Origin: Marsupella aquatica
Lineage: Eukaryota > Plantae > Marchantiophyta
Direction of reading: 5' to 3'
Length of the DNA stretch: 64,000 nucleotides
NCBI GenBank assembly: GCA_973895155.1
Contig: OZ316891.1
Location: 4,260,018 to 4,324,017 of the forward strand
Part shown: one piece after another, positions 36,443-50,574 of the stretch
How positions within the stretch are numbered: position 1 is the first letter of the stretch
Layout: the number at the start of each line of letters is the position of its first letter
Position numbers and translations under genes: made by a program
The notes under the pieces: generated by a model
The model's database searches: none
What the model saw: only the letters and a program-made list of their open reading frames with translations
Told to the model about the DNA's origin: nothing

Positions 36443-36584
36443 AGGGTCTTGACAAATGTCATGAACCAAAAACAAATATGCAAATGTATGGACATTCAGT
36501 TCAAACCTCCTATAGGGTCTTGACAAATGTCATGAACCAAAAACAAATATGCAAATGCGTGGACATTCAGTTCAAACCTCCTAT
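36443..36584. repeat. 71-bp tandem duplication
   Basis: agggtcttgacaaatgtcatgaacc...ttcaaacctcctat occurs twice. Confidence 0.9.
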
Positions 36585-37738
36585 GTACTGTTTTGTTGGA
36601 CCACAACTTGTAAGCCAAATCCAGAGGGAAAATTTTCAAATTTTCAAGCTGATTTTTGCTGGGGGGCTCCTATGGCTTCTTTAACTTTGGGGTCAGGAAC
36701 AGTTAGGTCCACTCCCAATGTAATACCACAACCCCCTCTTCCTCTACCTGCACTCTCTACTCCCACACTAGATTGGTAGTGCACATCATGGTCTCCAATC
36801 TCAGTCTCCAACATTCTGGACATAGGAATCCATGGGGCTGGAGCTAAGTCACTCCTATGTTATAGCTCATCGAAAGTTGCTATCAGGAAACGAGCTTGAA
36901 ATATAATGCGTTTCTAAGAGAGCATGTTTAACATGACTATCTACAACTGATTAGCTTGATTGGCTTGTGCTGAGCAGAACTCAAATCTGGCTTTGTTTAT
37001 TTTTTCTTTGTATTTGTTTGGGGCTTAAGTCATAAAATGGCTATCCCCCTCACATCCATGGCACTCAGCCCATCCCTCCACTACATTGTTCAAGGCATTT
37101 AGTGTTAGCACTGAAACAGTGGTACTTGCAAATTAGTCTTACTCTAAAACACTAATATGTGTTTACACCAGATGTGGGGCGAAGTGACACTAATTCTCTC
37201 CAATGTCATCGTAACACCACTGTATCAGGGAGTGAAGGGATTGCTTACTAGCTCGTCATATTGGCAAAACAGAAGAAATTATTATGATCTACGTGGCTGG
37301 TCATTGATATCCCAAAAATGACCTTGCCAACGAAATCTATCCTTTCAATCCTGCGTCCTCGAAACCTTTTTCCCTTTCACAATGGATTGATCATCAATAG
37401 AAGATGGCTACACTAATTCGACATCCACACGATCTCTGGACTGCACAAACCTACGGTTCTCTCAGGGTGACCCTTCGCTTCTTGTGGGCACCCAGAAGTC
37501 TGTGATCGAAAGGAAGAACTGGAAGCCCAATGTGCACCCAGCAATTATAACATCACGAATTTTGAACACCAGAGGATAAGAAGGGCTTCACAAAGTTTTT
37601 GACACTGGTACTGTACAACTCAAAAAAATCACCTCACTCCCACCACCTACACAATTTTCTTTGAAATCAATGAGTCGAAGCAGAAGCCTCGAGTCGAAAT
37701 TTTACATAAGCTTTCAATTTCATAGTCTAAAAGAATGT

Positions 37739-39147
37739 CTAAAGCAAAACTTTCACCTTCTTTTCAAGGATTGGCGGATCTACATCAATGCCCATGTTGG
37801 CTGCAGTTCCTGCTATAATCCTCATGGCTGACTCGATTGTTGTACAGTTTAAGTCCTGTAGCTTCTCCTGTGCAATAGCCCTAACCTGATCTGCGGTGAC
37901 CTTTCCCACCTTCTCCTTTTGAGGATTGTTTGACCCCTTGGCTGCCCCTGTTCACGGTCAAAAAGCAACAATGTCACTTTCTTCGTTGCCCGACTTTCCT
38001 CAGAAACTACATTAAAGAGAGTGGACATCAACTAGACTAGAACATGCGACAAAACTCGAATCTGTGGGAGATGATTGCAGACAAAGATCGTCCATTCAAA
38101 CAACTTCACACGGCAGCATTCTCAGCTCGAATAGGTAAAACCATTGTCATTATCGGGGACAGATAGAATTGACATACCGCAAGCCTTAAGCAGGAGAATC
38201 GAAGCCGGTGGTGTCTTCAATATAAAAGTGAAGCTCTTATCCTGTTTGAGAGAAAGACGCTTTGTCACTAGAGCAAACTTATGAAAATTAAAAAAACACT
38301 CTCCTGCAACAATTTCATTTCAATTGCAGTCGGCATTTCTGCAACCTCAAATTCGGGACAATTGGGGTTCAAACAAGTTCAACCCTGATTCTCAACACTT
38401 GAGCCTTCAGAAGACAGCCGATGAACACAAACACAAATTGCCAGGCAATTTCGGTTGAGAATGCTTTTCAGGAAATGCCAGTGGAAACTGTACTAGTGGA
38501 CAGAGTTATCGGTGATCCTTCGTAGCGGAGCAGCAGAACTTCATAAAACTTACATCAAAGACAGTGATCTCCACAGGAATGATGTAGCCAGGCTTGTCAG
38601 CAGTTTTAGCATTGTACTCCTTGCAGAAAGCCATAATGTTGACTCCCTTGGACCCAAGAGCAGGCCCGACGGGCGGTGCAGGAGTTGCCTTTCCAGCTTC
38701 CAGCGCCAGCTTCACAAGTCCAATGACTGCAACCATCCAGAATTTCCAAATTCCCACTCAAATAGCCGGAGCAAAGTAACAAACACAAACAAAAAAAAAT
38801 CCACCTCATCCACAAATTCTAATTCGCCCTAACGTTCCAATTTCGTAACTATGAGCCACAAATTTCCATCCATCAGACGACGCACTTTTCTTGGCCTTCC
38901 CGGCAGCCTTGGGCGGCGCCATGGCCAGAACCTGGAACGGTCTGCGGCCCGGCGTCGCGATCCTCCTCGCTCCTGCAGCAGTGGCAAGTGAAGAGGCCAA
39001 GTCCCCTCTCAAGCTCACGGACGAGGAGAGCGCCATGGCTCTCTGCTTCGTGGACGTGCATGATGACGGCCCGGCGTTTGTCTTCGTCAATCCCCGTGAT
39101 GCTGCGGTCGTCGCGCAGAATGCTGGTGATCCTGCTAGAGCCGCCAT
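37739..39147 (-). CDS. RPL11: Plastid 50S ribosomal protein L11 (uL11c); exons 39147-38886, 38726-38554, 38241-38178, 37947-37739
   Basis: Transit peptide followed by [49 protein letters not shown] and [18 protein letters not shown] introns keep phase. Confidence 0.96.
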
Positions 39148-39279
39148 AGCTGTGATCTTCGAGCTTCTTCAGCTTCAGGATAGACGAAGGAATTCAACGA
39201 AAGCACCTCTTCAGAATTTGGGGCTCGAAGCAAAGTTATCCGAGAGTTTGGGGATCTGCAAGAGTTACACATCGCTGAC

Positions 39280-39980
39280 GTATTACACCTGTATCCTTGT
39301 AGTGCAGTTTCGTCCCTTTGACTGTACAGACGAGCTTATTACACTGGTATCAGTGTCGTTCCATCCCACAGACTGTACCAACGTGTAAACAGGGAGGTTT
39401 CTACACTGGTCTCTGTGTATTTTCATCCCACAGACTGAGAGAACATGTAAAAAGAGAGTCTTTTACACCTGTTTCCATGTCATTTACACCATTGACTGTG
39501 CAAACGTTTAGGAATGAGGAAGAGTTATACAACTGGAAGTATTACACCAGTATCAATGTAGAGTAGTTTAGTCCTACTGGCTTTGTAAATGTGTCAACAA
39601 TGACTGTGTCACACTATTTAAGGGTTTGGGGATGAGCAACAGCTGGGAGCAAAAACACCAGTCTCCATGAGTGTGTAGTTTAGTTCCACTGACTATGTAA
39701 ATAATTGTAAACAAAGAATGTGTTACACTATATGTTTACATGGTCAGTGGATGACACTACAGGAATGATTCTTAAGGGCTAAGCTGGTGGACCCTTTAGA
39801 AAACAACAACTCAATGTAGAGAGGTCAAGGCTGGATGCAAGTTTATCCAGGCAAGAGCTTGGGGATGACTCAAAGATACACAAGCAGGATGTATGAGATC
39901 CATCCCATTGACTGTCTAAATGTGTAAAAAAAGAATATGTTACAGTAGTTTACATGTCGATGCGGCCAGTGGGATGCAAC
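39280..39980. repeat. Degenerate ~55-65-bp repeat array upstream of RPL11
   Basis: Recurrent TTACAC(C/T)..GT ... CCCA(C/T)(A/T)GACTGT ... TGTAAA units. Confidence 0.6.
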
Positions 39981-42900
39981 TAGCTAGAGTCAAGTTGGTC
40001 AAGGGCTACTACCTATGCCCAAAATAGATGCCCACATGAACCAAAAATTTTGACCAAGGACGCGGACAATTGTCGGATGGACCACACAACTTTTGACACC
40101 CAAAATGATTAGCATCTAGTATTTAGCTTAGGCAGGAGCTTAGGTGACTAGGGGATTGCAACCTGGAACCCAAAGGCTCAAGTTCAATCCCCCCCCCCCC
40201 CCCTCCATGCACCCATGTGTGGTGTGTGTAGTAGAGAAAATAATGCACTTTAGCTTACAAGTCCACACAACCTATGCTTTCCCTTGGCTGTGGTTCCTCT
40301 TCCTCCCAAATCTACTTCCCATAATGATTGCATATTTATAGATGTGATGTTTATTTATTATAGCTTGAGTAGGCCAATGCCTATAGGTGCATTGCAGAGA
40401 CAATGTCAAGGTGATGCAAGAATATTGAGGCAAGGCAAAGATGGCAAGGCAAAGCAAAGATACATATAATTATGTGCTTTACAAAGTCAACAATTAATCA
40501 AAGAGATAAACACTGATATCAATTTATTCATGGGACGGAATGACAGATATTAATAAGTGAACTCCAACCAATGAGCCAATTCTTGTCAAAGATGCCAAGA
40601 TCTTGTGGCCCATTGTTGGTCATGGGTTGACATGGTGGGGCAATGATTGGGGGCAATGATAGATTCCCTCTCGGAGGCTGGTCAATCCTACATGCACCCA
40701 AGACACCATCAATGAGCCAGTCTTCATCAAGGATGGGGGGTTGGATGAACTGCATGACTGGAAGCGGCACTTCATGTGGGCTTCCGGTGGCACTTAATTG
40801 GGGTGGCCTCCTAGCCAAGACCAATGGTGACGGATCTGGCCACCGCCAAAGTTGTCAGATCCAAATACTCATGCATGCAGCTGCCACAGTTGCTCCTAAA
40901 CTTGTCACCCCCTGATGTTGACAGTTGTTGAAGAGCCATTGCTTCCTGTTAAAGTTGCCTCACACTAATAGTGCAACCAGATGCCACACTTGGTGCGACA
41001 CTTGATTCTGGTTACACATGTCCCACACCTGGTGTGACATTTGAATCCCATATAGCAAATGCCACATTTGGTGTGATACTTGTTTCCAGACTTACCGCAT
41101 GCCCCACACTTGGTTCTAGTATTGCACAAACCGGAACATCCTCTCTACAGATGTTGCTGGGCATATTGTTTGTATTATCTTGCATTGATGGCATCCTTAT
41201 CCTTGGGGACATACTCTTGGCAGTGACTTGTTGTGATGACATTCTTGCTTTGGGCATGTTGCTCTTGATACTCTTCCGATCTCTCACTCAGGGTTTTCAT
41301 ATTGCCCCAAAATCCCTTAAAAAACTCAATATAACCCACACAACGGATGAGCATTTTGTATGTACCTCAATCAAGCTCGACAGACCCCTAAGTATGTTGA
41401 ATGTCGGTTCATTGGGCCGCACCTTTGCAAGAAACCCAAGAAATCAATGAAAACCAATATCCTCAATAGATATTGCTTACCAGGACCCCTGTCTCACCCT
41501 CCCAACCTTGTTGGCAATCATCTTACTTCCATGATGTCCCTTGCCCTATGGTATCAACTTACCGACATCGGCTCATGCAAGCAACAAAATATATCTTGTG
41601 GTAGCCTTTGCCCCAATGTAAGGAATAAAGGTGCATTTAGGATTCTAGTAAATAATTATCTGGTTCACCTCATTTACTCTATGTTGTACATTTGCACATT
41701 TAAACTCCTCAATTAGATAGTTTAGCCAATAGTTTTTATACCTTATTTTTGTTTTGTTTTTAGAGAAAGCTACAGTAGATGCATCATTTGAAGTCACCTG
41801 CAATTTACCATCTTGTTCATCAGGTATATCCTTTATTGCTTACACCTGCTTATTTCTGTTACTTCTCTTTGCTATATTTAGCCTAAGGCCACCAAGCATA
41901 TAGTTACTAGGTGTGATTGTCAGGCTTCAGCTTCAGGATATCTAGATCAACGGGTTAGGTTAAAGTTGGTTGAAAAACAGGTGAAAGGAAGTTTGGAGAT
42001 GACATGGAGCCTTCCAAGTTTACAGCCATGAGGATAAATGATAAAAATTATGAAAGTAGAAGGGCTAAAGGGCAAAGTTTTATGCACTCAAACAAAAGGT
42101 AGCTGATTAGAGGTGAAAAACCTTGGCCCGCTAGCACAACCATGAAGTTACTTGAAATGACTAAAAATGACACTTCACTAATAAATGTTTTAAGCTGTCA
42201 CTTGTGAGGCTTTATTGCCCCGCTGTAGCTTGCTCTCTACACTCTTCAATCTATGTACAACCAAATTTCACATGCCATGGTCATAGTAGCACTGTTCAGT
42301 TGCAAATCATCCTGACCTGGAATTTATTAGTCAATCTGAATTGTCGAAAAGCATTGCCATCAACAAAGAAAACTTCCACAAGGAAAACTAACATGCAGAG
42401 CTATTTGCTTCACACTTGCCATTCTTGATGGTTATCTATGTCGAGCCCCTGGCAGTTTTTGAGGAGTGAAAAAATGATTTGCATGGTGCACCTCAGAAAT
42501 CAGGTTTATCACAATTAAGCTAGTGTGATGTTACTGTTTGAAAACCATAATATATGCAAATGTATTTTTGGTCATAATGTGTGATGTACATGCAAAGTTT
42601 CAAGTATGGTTGTACTTAGCAAATGCAATTGCTTGGCACATTTGGAGAATGATGGAGCAACTATTGTATAGTGCAAACTCATAGATTTGAAAGTCCAAAA
42701 TAACTGGCATTGCAATTAAAGGTATTTGTCTTTCCTTCTCTGCAACAGCTGGGGCATGAGGCTCTCCTTATTAGTTCAACACTGTCATATAGTAGTAAAG
42801 ACATAGGTAATCTCATGCATGTTGAGTACATAGTTTAGACTAACTATGCACACAGTGAGGACAAAGTCTTCAAACTAAGATGGTTGAGATAAACATGGGT

Positions 42901-43909
42901 TAGCCTCAGACACAGGCAACTTGAGCTGGACAATGCATACATGTCATGCAAAGTAACATGAGAAGTTCCGATCTTGTCTTTTTGCCCTCCAAAACTTTTC
43001 ACCGTACTTTGGTTTTCATCCTATATAAAATCAGTTAAATATGCACTTCAAATCTAGATCTGATTCATAACAAAATCATTGACCCCCTTGCTGTCTCCCC
43101 TCTCCTCCCCTCTATTCCTTTTTCCCTCATTTTGCTCTCCTCATGTATCACCCTATCTTAGCCTAGAAACCTCAGTTGCCTGACCTACTCCTTGCAACCA
43201 CAACATTTTTGCATTAAATGGGATTATATGACTGGCACAACATCATCTTTGCAAAAAATGGCCAAGTGTGACGATTCTGCATTAACAACCACCCAGCTGA
43301 AATGATGACACGCTTGCAACATGACCACATGGTCGCAACAATAATCGACTTCCACAACATGACCCAATTTCACTGACAACCTCACCGCAACAATAATTGT
43401 GCATTGTATGGGCATTGGGCTTGTCCAAATAAATAAGTGGAAAATACAGGTCAAATTAAATAAATACGAAAATTACATGTCAAATTATTATATGATTGCA
43501 TTATATCTAAACACTACAATATGCAATCCTACTTACTTTTTCTTTCTCATGGTCTGTTTATGAAATGTCATTCTTGTGGGAAGTCTCCATGGCTGTTGGA
43601 TTATTGTGACATCTATTTCTAAGTAACCAAGAGATGGACCTAAAGCTATCACTGTGCACCTTTTCCACATCCAACCCATCACAACTCCCTGCAGTTTTTG
43701 ATTGCCAGGCCATTTCACTCAATCATGCTCAATAACACTTTTGCTCAACATCATTTAATATTGACAATGCTGTAGAGCTAGGTAACACATGTGCATTGTA
43801 TTAGTGTAAATATTAAAACTTGTATTAAAAACTAAAGAATAAATGATGAGACAAATATGCAATTTACTCAAAATTCTTGAGCAAAGACTAAGTCGCAGAA
43901 CTCGACTAC

Positions 43910-45390
43910 CTTAACACTTAGCTCTGGCGTCGCTGACTCCGACGCCGAGCTCCCTTATGGTCCAGGCCCGGATAGGCCATCCGGGGAGGACTTAGCATGG
44001 GGAGACTTGTGGGCAATGAGACGTGGCACTAGCGAGGCAAGGAGCCAAGCTAGGGACACACACTAAGGACTTGGACTAGCTGATAGCTGGTCGGTTCAAG
44101 GGGGAATGGGCCGGGCTCAAGGATGGTCATCTGGACCTCCGAATGGACTTTGAGTTCTGAGGACTTGAGTGTGAGCTTATCTGGGGCCCAAGGCCAATGG
44201 AGTTGACGTCATGGGCAACGGACGCTTGGGGCGCAAGTTATGGCCCGATCCGGGTTTGGTCGGTCGGGGGCCCCGAGCGGCGATGAGACCTAAGGGCCTA
44301 GGCATGAGCACTGGGTCGGCCCAATCACAACGGGCTAAGGCACTCCACTTGTGGATGCCTAACGAGAAAGTTATGCGCGTTGCCAGTTGGTGGCTCGCCC
44401 ATTATGCGCGATAGGATTCGGGTTGGGGGCCAAATGTTTAGGGACCAAAGCTGGTCTGGGGGTGGCAGGTCTCCAGAAGCATATATGAGGGGAGTGGTGT
44501 CTCCCTGGGGGCTAAGGACGAGCCGAAGTCGTGAGCCGCGGCGGTTGCGACACTAAGGGAAACCGCCAAACGGAAATGACGATATCTTCATAACGGGAAG
44601 TCCGTTGGGGGACTTCTTGGGTGCGTTGGAAAGATCTTGAAGAGGGGTACGCCCTCCTGAGATAACATGGGTATGGGGGCGCCGTGGGTTCTCGTGGTTT
44701 GCGGGTGTTAGTTCGCCCGCTTGCCAAATCCTGCCGAACAGCAGCCAAGCCGCGTCCAGTCTCCCAAGGGAGCTTGCATTGGGGAGGCAAGGCCAAGTAG
44801 GTGTGGAGGATGAGTTCCAAGGGTGCTCAGCCCCAAGACTGTCAATGGGGCGAACCGGGAGTTGGTTGCTTGAGACAGGGCCATTCTGGTCCCGACGTGT
44901 TGGGACAAGCTTAGGACAAGCTACGCTATTTGGGCCATGAGCATGTCCTGGGGTCAGGGCGGTCAGTTGGTGATGGATAGGTACGAGGGGGAACCCGGGC
45001 CGTGCCCAAGGAAGGAACTGTCCTGGACAAACAGTGGGAGTGGGTTATGGTTCCGGCTTATGGCATCGGGAGGACCTATCGCTGGTCAACCTATTTACCC
45101 ATGTCTGTTGAGCTTGAGTTAGGATGCTAGACTAGGCGAGTTCTAGATCCTGAAGGGTTACTTACCGAGGTGCTTGGTTGCTTGTGCAGACTGTGAGGGC
45201 CGTTGAGTAGCGGTTGTGTAGGTGAGCAAGTGCGGCTTCGTATGGGAGGGGCCGCGGGTGGTGCAAAGGGCACTAGGGTGCTTGCTCGAGGTATTCCGTG
45301 GAGACGTTTGGGCACTAGGGGCACTTAGGCGCGAGTGCTGGGATTGGTGAGGGCGCTGGGTGGCAAGGTCCACCACTGACTATATTCACA
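43910..45390. mobile_element. Probable solo LTR (~1.5 kb, GC-rich)
   Basis: Sharp GC-rich block flanked by direct repeat ACTAC(C) at 43905 and 45391. It ends in ...TTCACA and starts with CTTAACAC, possibly a degenerate TGTAACAC. No coding homology recognised. Confidence 0.5.
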
Positions 45391-46512
45391 ACTACCCCAT
45401 GATCATCCAACGCACAAGTTGTCAACATAGAGAGTGTGCCGTTCATCTCAGCTAAGGCTACTTCCACGGAACACACAAGAGTTTATTGCCCATTGGTTAA
45501 ATCGAGTCTCCACAATACAAGTTCCTTTGCAACAATGAACCTAAGTTTCTCCTGTCTAGACAATTGCTTTGGGATATAATGTGTAAATTGACTAACCTAA
45601 CCAAGTCCGCAACCAATGTTAGCCCTAGCAATGGTTAATCATAGACTGACCAGTAAATACCTAACAAAAATTCCAACTTTGAGAATGTAATGAAAATTGG
45701 AGCTCAACATGTTTTTTTATGACTTGACCCAACTCAACCCAAATTTTTCCTCATTTTGAGTTTGCAACTTCAAGACTAGCCATGTGATTGTTGTAAGGAA
45801 AGAAATTGTGCTAAGTGGTCTACTGTAGCTGCTGCCCACCTTTCTTGTAACCTGGCTTTTTGAATGAATTCTAATTGATTTTTTGGAGGAAAAAGAATTG
45901 TCTTAATTAATTGGCCAAGCACTCAAATTCATAGAAAATCCTTCAAACTCTGCTAAAATCTTGAGATGTTCAGGAATCAGCGAGGTCTGTTTGTGGGCGA
46001 CAGAATCGACCAAAGCCCCTTCGTTGAGGCTGGAGCTTTTCGTTGTGGTTCGAGGAAGCACTTTCAAGTATATCATTCTGTGCGGAAATTTCAAGAGAGA
46101 CTAATCAAGGAGCTTGCATCTTTTGTGGATACAACGATCAGTTTCTCTCAAGCTATCGTCTGCTTAGCTCTGAGCAATCTTTATTGTGATGGATCATTTG
46201 TAGAATGTACTCATGCTTAGATCTCAACGGGGACAGCAGCAGTCCACGGAGGAAAAGGAACGAAGAAAGATCAAAGTTGCGGACTTCAGACCTGAGAGCA
46301 AGCATCTCAGAGGTTTAGGGTTTAGTGCGGCTTGAGAACTTGTCATCAGGTTCTGTCTGCCGTCGCCAGAAATCATTACAACGAGGCCTTAGACCTATTC
46401 ACTATGGAATTTATTCGGCAGCTGATGGATTCCATTTGATTTCGAGGAATGGGAAAGTTTGCTCTGTAGGAAAGTGAGACGTTTGTCTCTGTAGAGTGTC
46501 CCCATTCCAGCC

Positions 46513-49258
46513 ATGGCATTCCGAGGTGGAGGCCGAGGCAGAGGGCGGGGACGCGGGGGCGGCCGTGGATTCCCTGTGGTGCGAGATGAGGATGGGATGG
46601 CGTTGATCCCTAAGAGTCGGGATGGGCCTCCTCCCCTTTTTCCGGTGGGTCCTTCGGTACCAGTTTTCTCCTGCAGATTGCAAACTCTTCTGAATTGGGT
46701 CTTTGAGTCAGAAGCTGATCAAGGGTGTAGGAGTCAAAGAATCTCTGATCGGCAATGGATCTGCGAACTGATCGAGATTACAGCTATGCCAGAAAAGTGA
46801 ATTGTTGACGAAGGATACTGGGTTTAAAGTTTCTGAGAGAAAGGATCACTCGAGAAGTATTTATGTAATTTGTTGTAGATTCATCTTAGTGCCAGAAATT
46901 CATTTGCTCTCGAGGGGTTAGGGTTTAAGTTTATTAGGTGTAAAATTGCTCTTGATAACACCCTTTAATCATTCTCGATGGAACCGTTTGAAATGTCTAC
47001 CGAAAGTAATTCCTCATCTAAAGAACTCTAAGATATTTGACTCTTGCGTAAGATCTAAATGGGAAAGTTCCTCTTATGCCAGAAAATATGATTTGCTCAC
47101 GAGAGTTCAGGGTTTATCCGTTCTTAGATGAAAAATCAGTGCCCAGAATCTTATCAACACGAGTGATAGTAAAGGTCCTTGAATTGTTAGCTGTACAGAA
47201 AATGCAACCTCCTCTGTACTGTCTAGGCTTGTAAACTGAGGTTTGTTTGTACCCATGATGTGTAAAGATTCATATTGGTGTTGGGGTGCTCAATAAATCG
47301 GAGGCAGTGTTTGAAAACTGCAGTAGCTCTGCGTCTGCAAGTGTGATCGGGTCTCACAGTATTGATTGGTGACACGCATGCTTGCAAAAGTTTTTGACTG
47401 CAGCCGCTGGACAACCTTCCGATGCTACCTGAGATCACTCCGAAGGATGAACAGTTAGTGTCGAGACGCAGGCGCTTGGAATCGGCTTGGAATGTCTCTC
47501 CATATTATATAGAGAAACCAAAACCCAAATCTGGTGGGTTGGAGCTTTCATTGTGCTCTTGTTGCAGAGTGTCCGCCATTCAGGTCTATTGTTGTTGCTT
47601 TGTGATTAGCTGACATCCTCCTAATTCTTTGTTGTCGGAGTGCTCATAAGTTCTCAGCTCTTCTTTCACGCATTAACTGCCCACTGCTTTTCAACCCTGT
47701 TTATGCGCAGTGGGTGTGGCCGCAGAGATTGAACGATATTCAGATCGTTATAAGCTTAAAGTACAAACAAAGCGCCCGCCTCTTGGGTCTGTTTTGAAGC
47801 TAGCTCCAGCTTACTTCCCAGCAGAGCTCTTGGGACAAGGTGCTTTCGGTTCCTTCAGATTGTAGTTGCGGCTTGTGGGTACACCGGTTTCCAGTAGGTG
47901 CAGTTTTGTTTTTGGTGCCAGAAGATGAATATGTGTACGCTTTCGGTAAGGGAATCCTTGTGGTATGCTCTACAATTCGGCATTTCAAAGTGACACTCTG
48001 TGCGAATCGACATGTAGGTAACCGCGGGCGAAGTAATCAAAGTGGTGGAGCGCATTGGACTTTACAAACTGGTGTAGGAAAGAACGGTAAGTCATTGTTT
48101 TTATTGAAGAATGATCTTCACGAACTAAGGTTAGAGGGCACAAGATTAATATCATTGCAGTCAGAGAAACATCGATCTCAATCATAGAGGATGGTTACTC
48201 ACTCTTGTTAGCAATGTAATCTGCAGATCTTCAACGGCTTGACCAGCTTGCAAGCTTGGAACAAAAGAGATTGAAGGATGGAGATGTATGTCTTCCAAGC
48301 ATTTTTTACAAACACACAACGATTTCTAGTTTGCCTCAGTTTCGGTGCTGTCTAGACTGATAGTGCCCAGCTGTCAGATGACGAGTAAGCTTGATTTTAT
48401 GTAGGTAGAGACAAATTTTAGATGTCTAATCCGTGATTCTGAAATTCGGGCCATTTCGTACAAAGTCCTCTCATGGCTGAATTGGTCTGTCCTTGAGGAC
48501 TTACACACAAAATTATGGATGTCAATATTGCAGTTGTGTATTTAATAGCTCTACTTGACTTTCTGCAGGACAAAGACGATGGAGATAAAGACGAGAAGAA
48601 AAAGAAAGAGGCGGACGATGGAGATGCAGATGACGATGAGGAAGTATTAGATGACGAGGACGAAGAGTTCGGGGACGACGATTATGCCCAGGTACCGATG
48701 ATGAAACTACAACCAGTGAACGTTTCCTATTGTGCTAGAAGTCAATTCTGATTGTTGGTGCGAAGAAAGTATGAAAATATAGCACTCCATCCGCGCTCTG
48801 ACTTTTGAGGCTCCTTCGTCCTTTGATCACTGCACACCCCTCCATGGTTTGGCTACAAGTTTTGTCAACAGTTTACGGTTCGTTTGTTTCTTGTGAATCT
48901 TCTTCATCTCCTTGTAGTATACATATTCTTCTTAATGTATCTGCAAGTGAGCCTCGCCCATGCATTTCTTGTGGAAGGCCCACTTTATGCCTTGTTTTAT
49001 CCCTGCTTTTATCTTCTTGCAGACTTTTGGATATGATGATGATGAAGATTACCTGGACATGGATGATGCTGGGGGTGATGATGGTAAGAAACATAACTTG
49101 TTCTGATTATCGTGTTCTTGACCGGGGCGCACAAGACCAAATTCTGGTTTACTTAAAAGGCATACTGTGTCTATAAAATTGAAGGGTGTAGGCTTTCAAA
49201 TCCTTTGCTCTAAACTGTGTGCTTTGCGTTTTGTCTTGCAGATGGTGCAACCTATTAA
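46513..49258 (+). CDS. DNA-directed RNA polymerase III subunit RPC7/Rpc31-like, about 8 exons
   Basis: MAFRGGGRGRGRG...PPPLFP / SPYYIEKPK / IERYSDRYK...YFPAELL / DLQRLDQLASLEQ, then an acidic tail DDEDEEFGDDDYAQ / FGYDDDEDY...DGATY*. GT-AG junctions. Confidence 0.85.
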
Positions 49259-49571
49259 TCAAACTACTACTCTGACACCACCAATTGCAAGTAAAGCAAT
49301 CATCATCAAGATTTCTAATGAGTTGCCCACAAATATCCGCTATGAGCCAACTGCGAAATTTACAGCAGATGACTGACATTTAGTCTGGATGCCCTTTGTA
49401 AGGCATTCCACTGCCACGAGAACATTCAAGACGAAAACATTCATCCTGGTGACAATTGTATTTAATACAAAGGTCTCATGATTTGATTGAATTCTTGCCT
49501 TAGAAATGATGCAGTTCTTGCCCTGTCCCGTTCAACTCTGTCAATTGCAAAACTTCGATCGACCATAATAT

Positions 49572-50360
49572 CTACAGTAATGATCTGGCTGGAGTGGGGC
49601 AGTCTCCGTCACCCGCTGCAATTTTGAACTGTAGTTGTCTGAGCAAGAAGTCTCTTATGATCTGTCCTTCACGGGCACCAAGTCTTGGAATAACATGGCC
49701 AAATGGGTGCCTGATGACGACGGGGTCTTTGAATAAAGAGGCCAGTGATTCGCCATATGGTTTCATGAAGCATTTGTCCCCAATCAAATGCAACGACGGA
49801 CAATTGATGGTGCTACTATAGGCATGGCGCATGGTTTTTGAAATGCTTCGACCCCCTCCAACGATAAGCAAAAACTTTATGTTCGTCAAGTCGGGCCCCA
49901 TAGAATTGCCGCTTTCATAGAATCCCATCCAAGCAGCTGCCAGCACGGCCCCCTGTGAGAAGCCCAGGAGACCATCAAACGGTCCGTGCAAAGAAACGAA
50001 ATCAGAGAAATGGTTCGTTGCTTTGTCCAGACCATATGTCTCTTTGTGGTCCTCTCTGGATTGATGCCACTCGAAGTATGGCCCTTTAAATTGCTTCTCC
50101 ACCAGAGCATCTCCCCTGGCAGGGCATGGCGCGTCCATGAACACCAATTCCGCAATGTCGTCGATGAGCGGAGCCCAGTTAGCCATTGCAATCTGCTCGG
50201 CCATGATCTTGCCGCTGGTCCTGGATCCGTGCAGACATAGGATTCTCAGTTTTCTGGATGTGGGGCAATCCGGAGAAGCCTCATTCCCATCGTTGTTGGC
50301 TCCTGAATCCAAAGACCTGTAAATCTCTACTATTGGCTTCTCATCTATTTGTCCTGCCAT
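49572..50360 (-). CDS. FSH1/OVCA2-family serine hydrolase (esterase), intronless
   Basis: RILCLHG, FMDAPCPA, GPFDGLLGFSQGA (nucleophile GxSxG), PSLHLIGDK and HPFGHVIP. Confidence 0.9.
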   Translation of the reverse strand: MAGQIDEKPIVEIYRSLDSGANNDGNEASPDCPTSRKLRILCLHGSRTSGKIMAEQIAMANWAPLIDDIAELVFMDAPCPARGDALVEKQFKGPYFEWHQSREDHKETYGLDKATNHFSDFVSLHGPFDGLLGFSQGAVLAAAWMGFYESGNSMGPDLTNIKFLLIVGGGRSISKTMRHAYSSTINCPSLHLIGDKCFMKPYGESLASLFKDPVVIRHPFGHVIPRLGAREGQIIRDFLLRQLQFKIAAGDGDCPTPARSLL

Positions 50361-50574
50361 CTCTCTGGTCTTGTGTCTCCTTGCCTAACTTCACCTTGCT
50401 CGCCTTGCTTCCTCGAGCCTTTCTTCTCTCGTAGGCCTAACTCGCATGTCAAGGGTCCTCGTGCTTTATCGGAAGATTGTGCAAGTGGTCAGGGCCGCAT
50501 TCTGAAGGACAGACTACATGCGAGTTGGCCCTAAGTCTTCTCTCGTCTCTGGTGCATAGCCTCCTCAGATCGTC

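Noticed and set aside
40500-42150. Additional retrotransposon gag/protease remnants
   Set aside because: Only weak hints (MEPSKFTAMRINDKNY; repeated gccacacttggtg), too degenerate to call.
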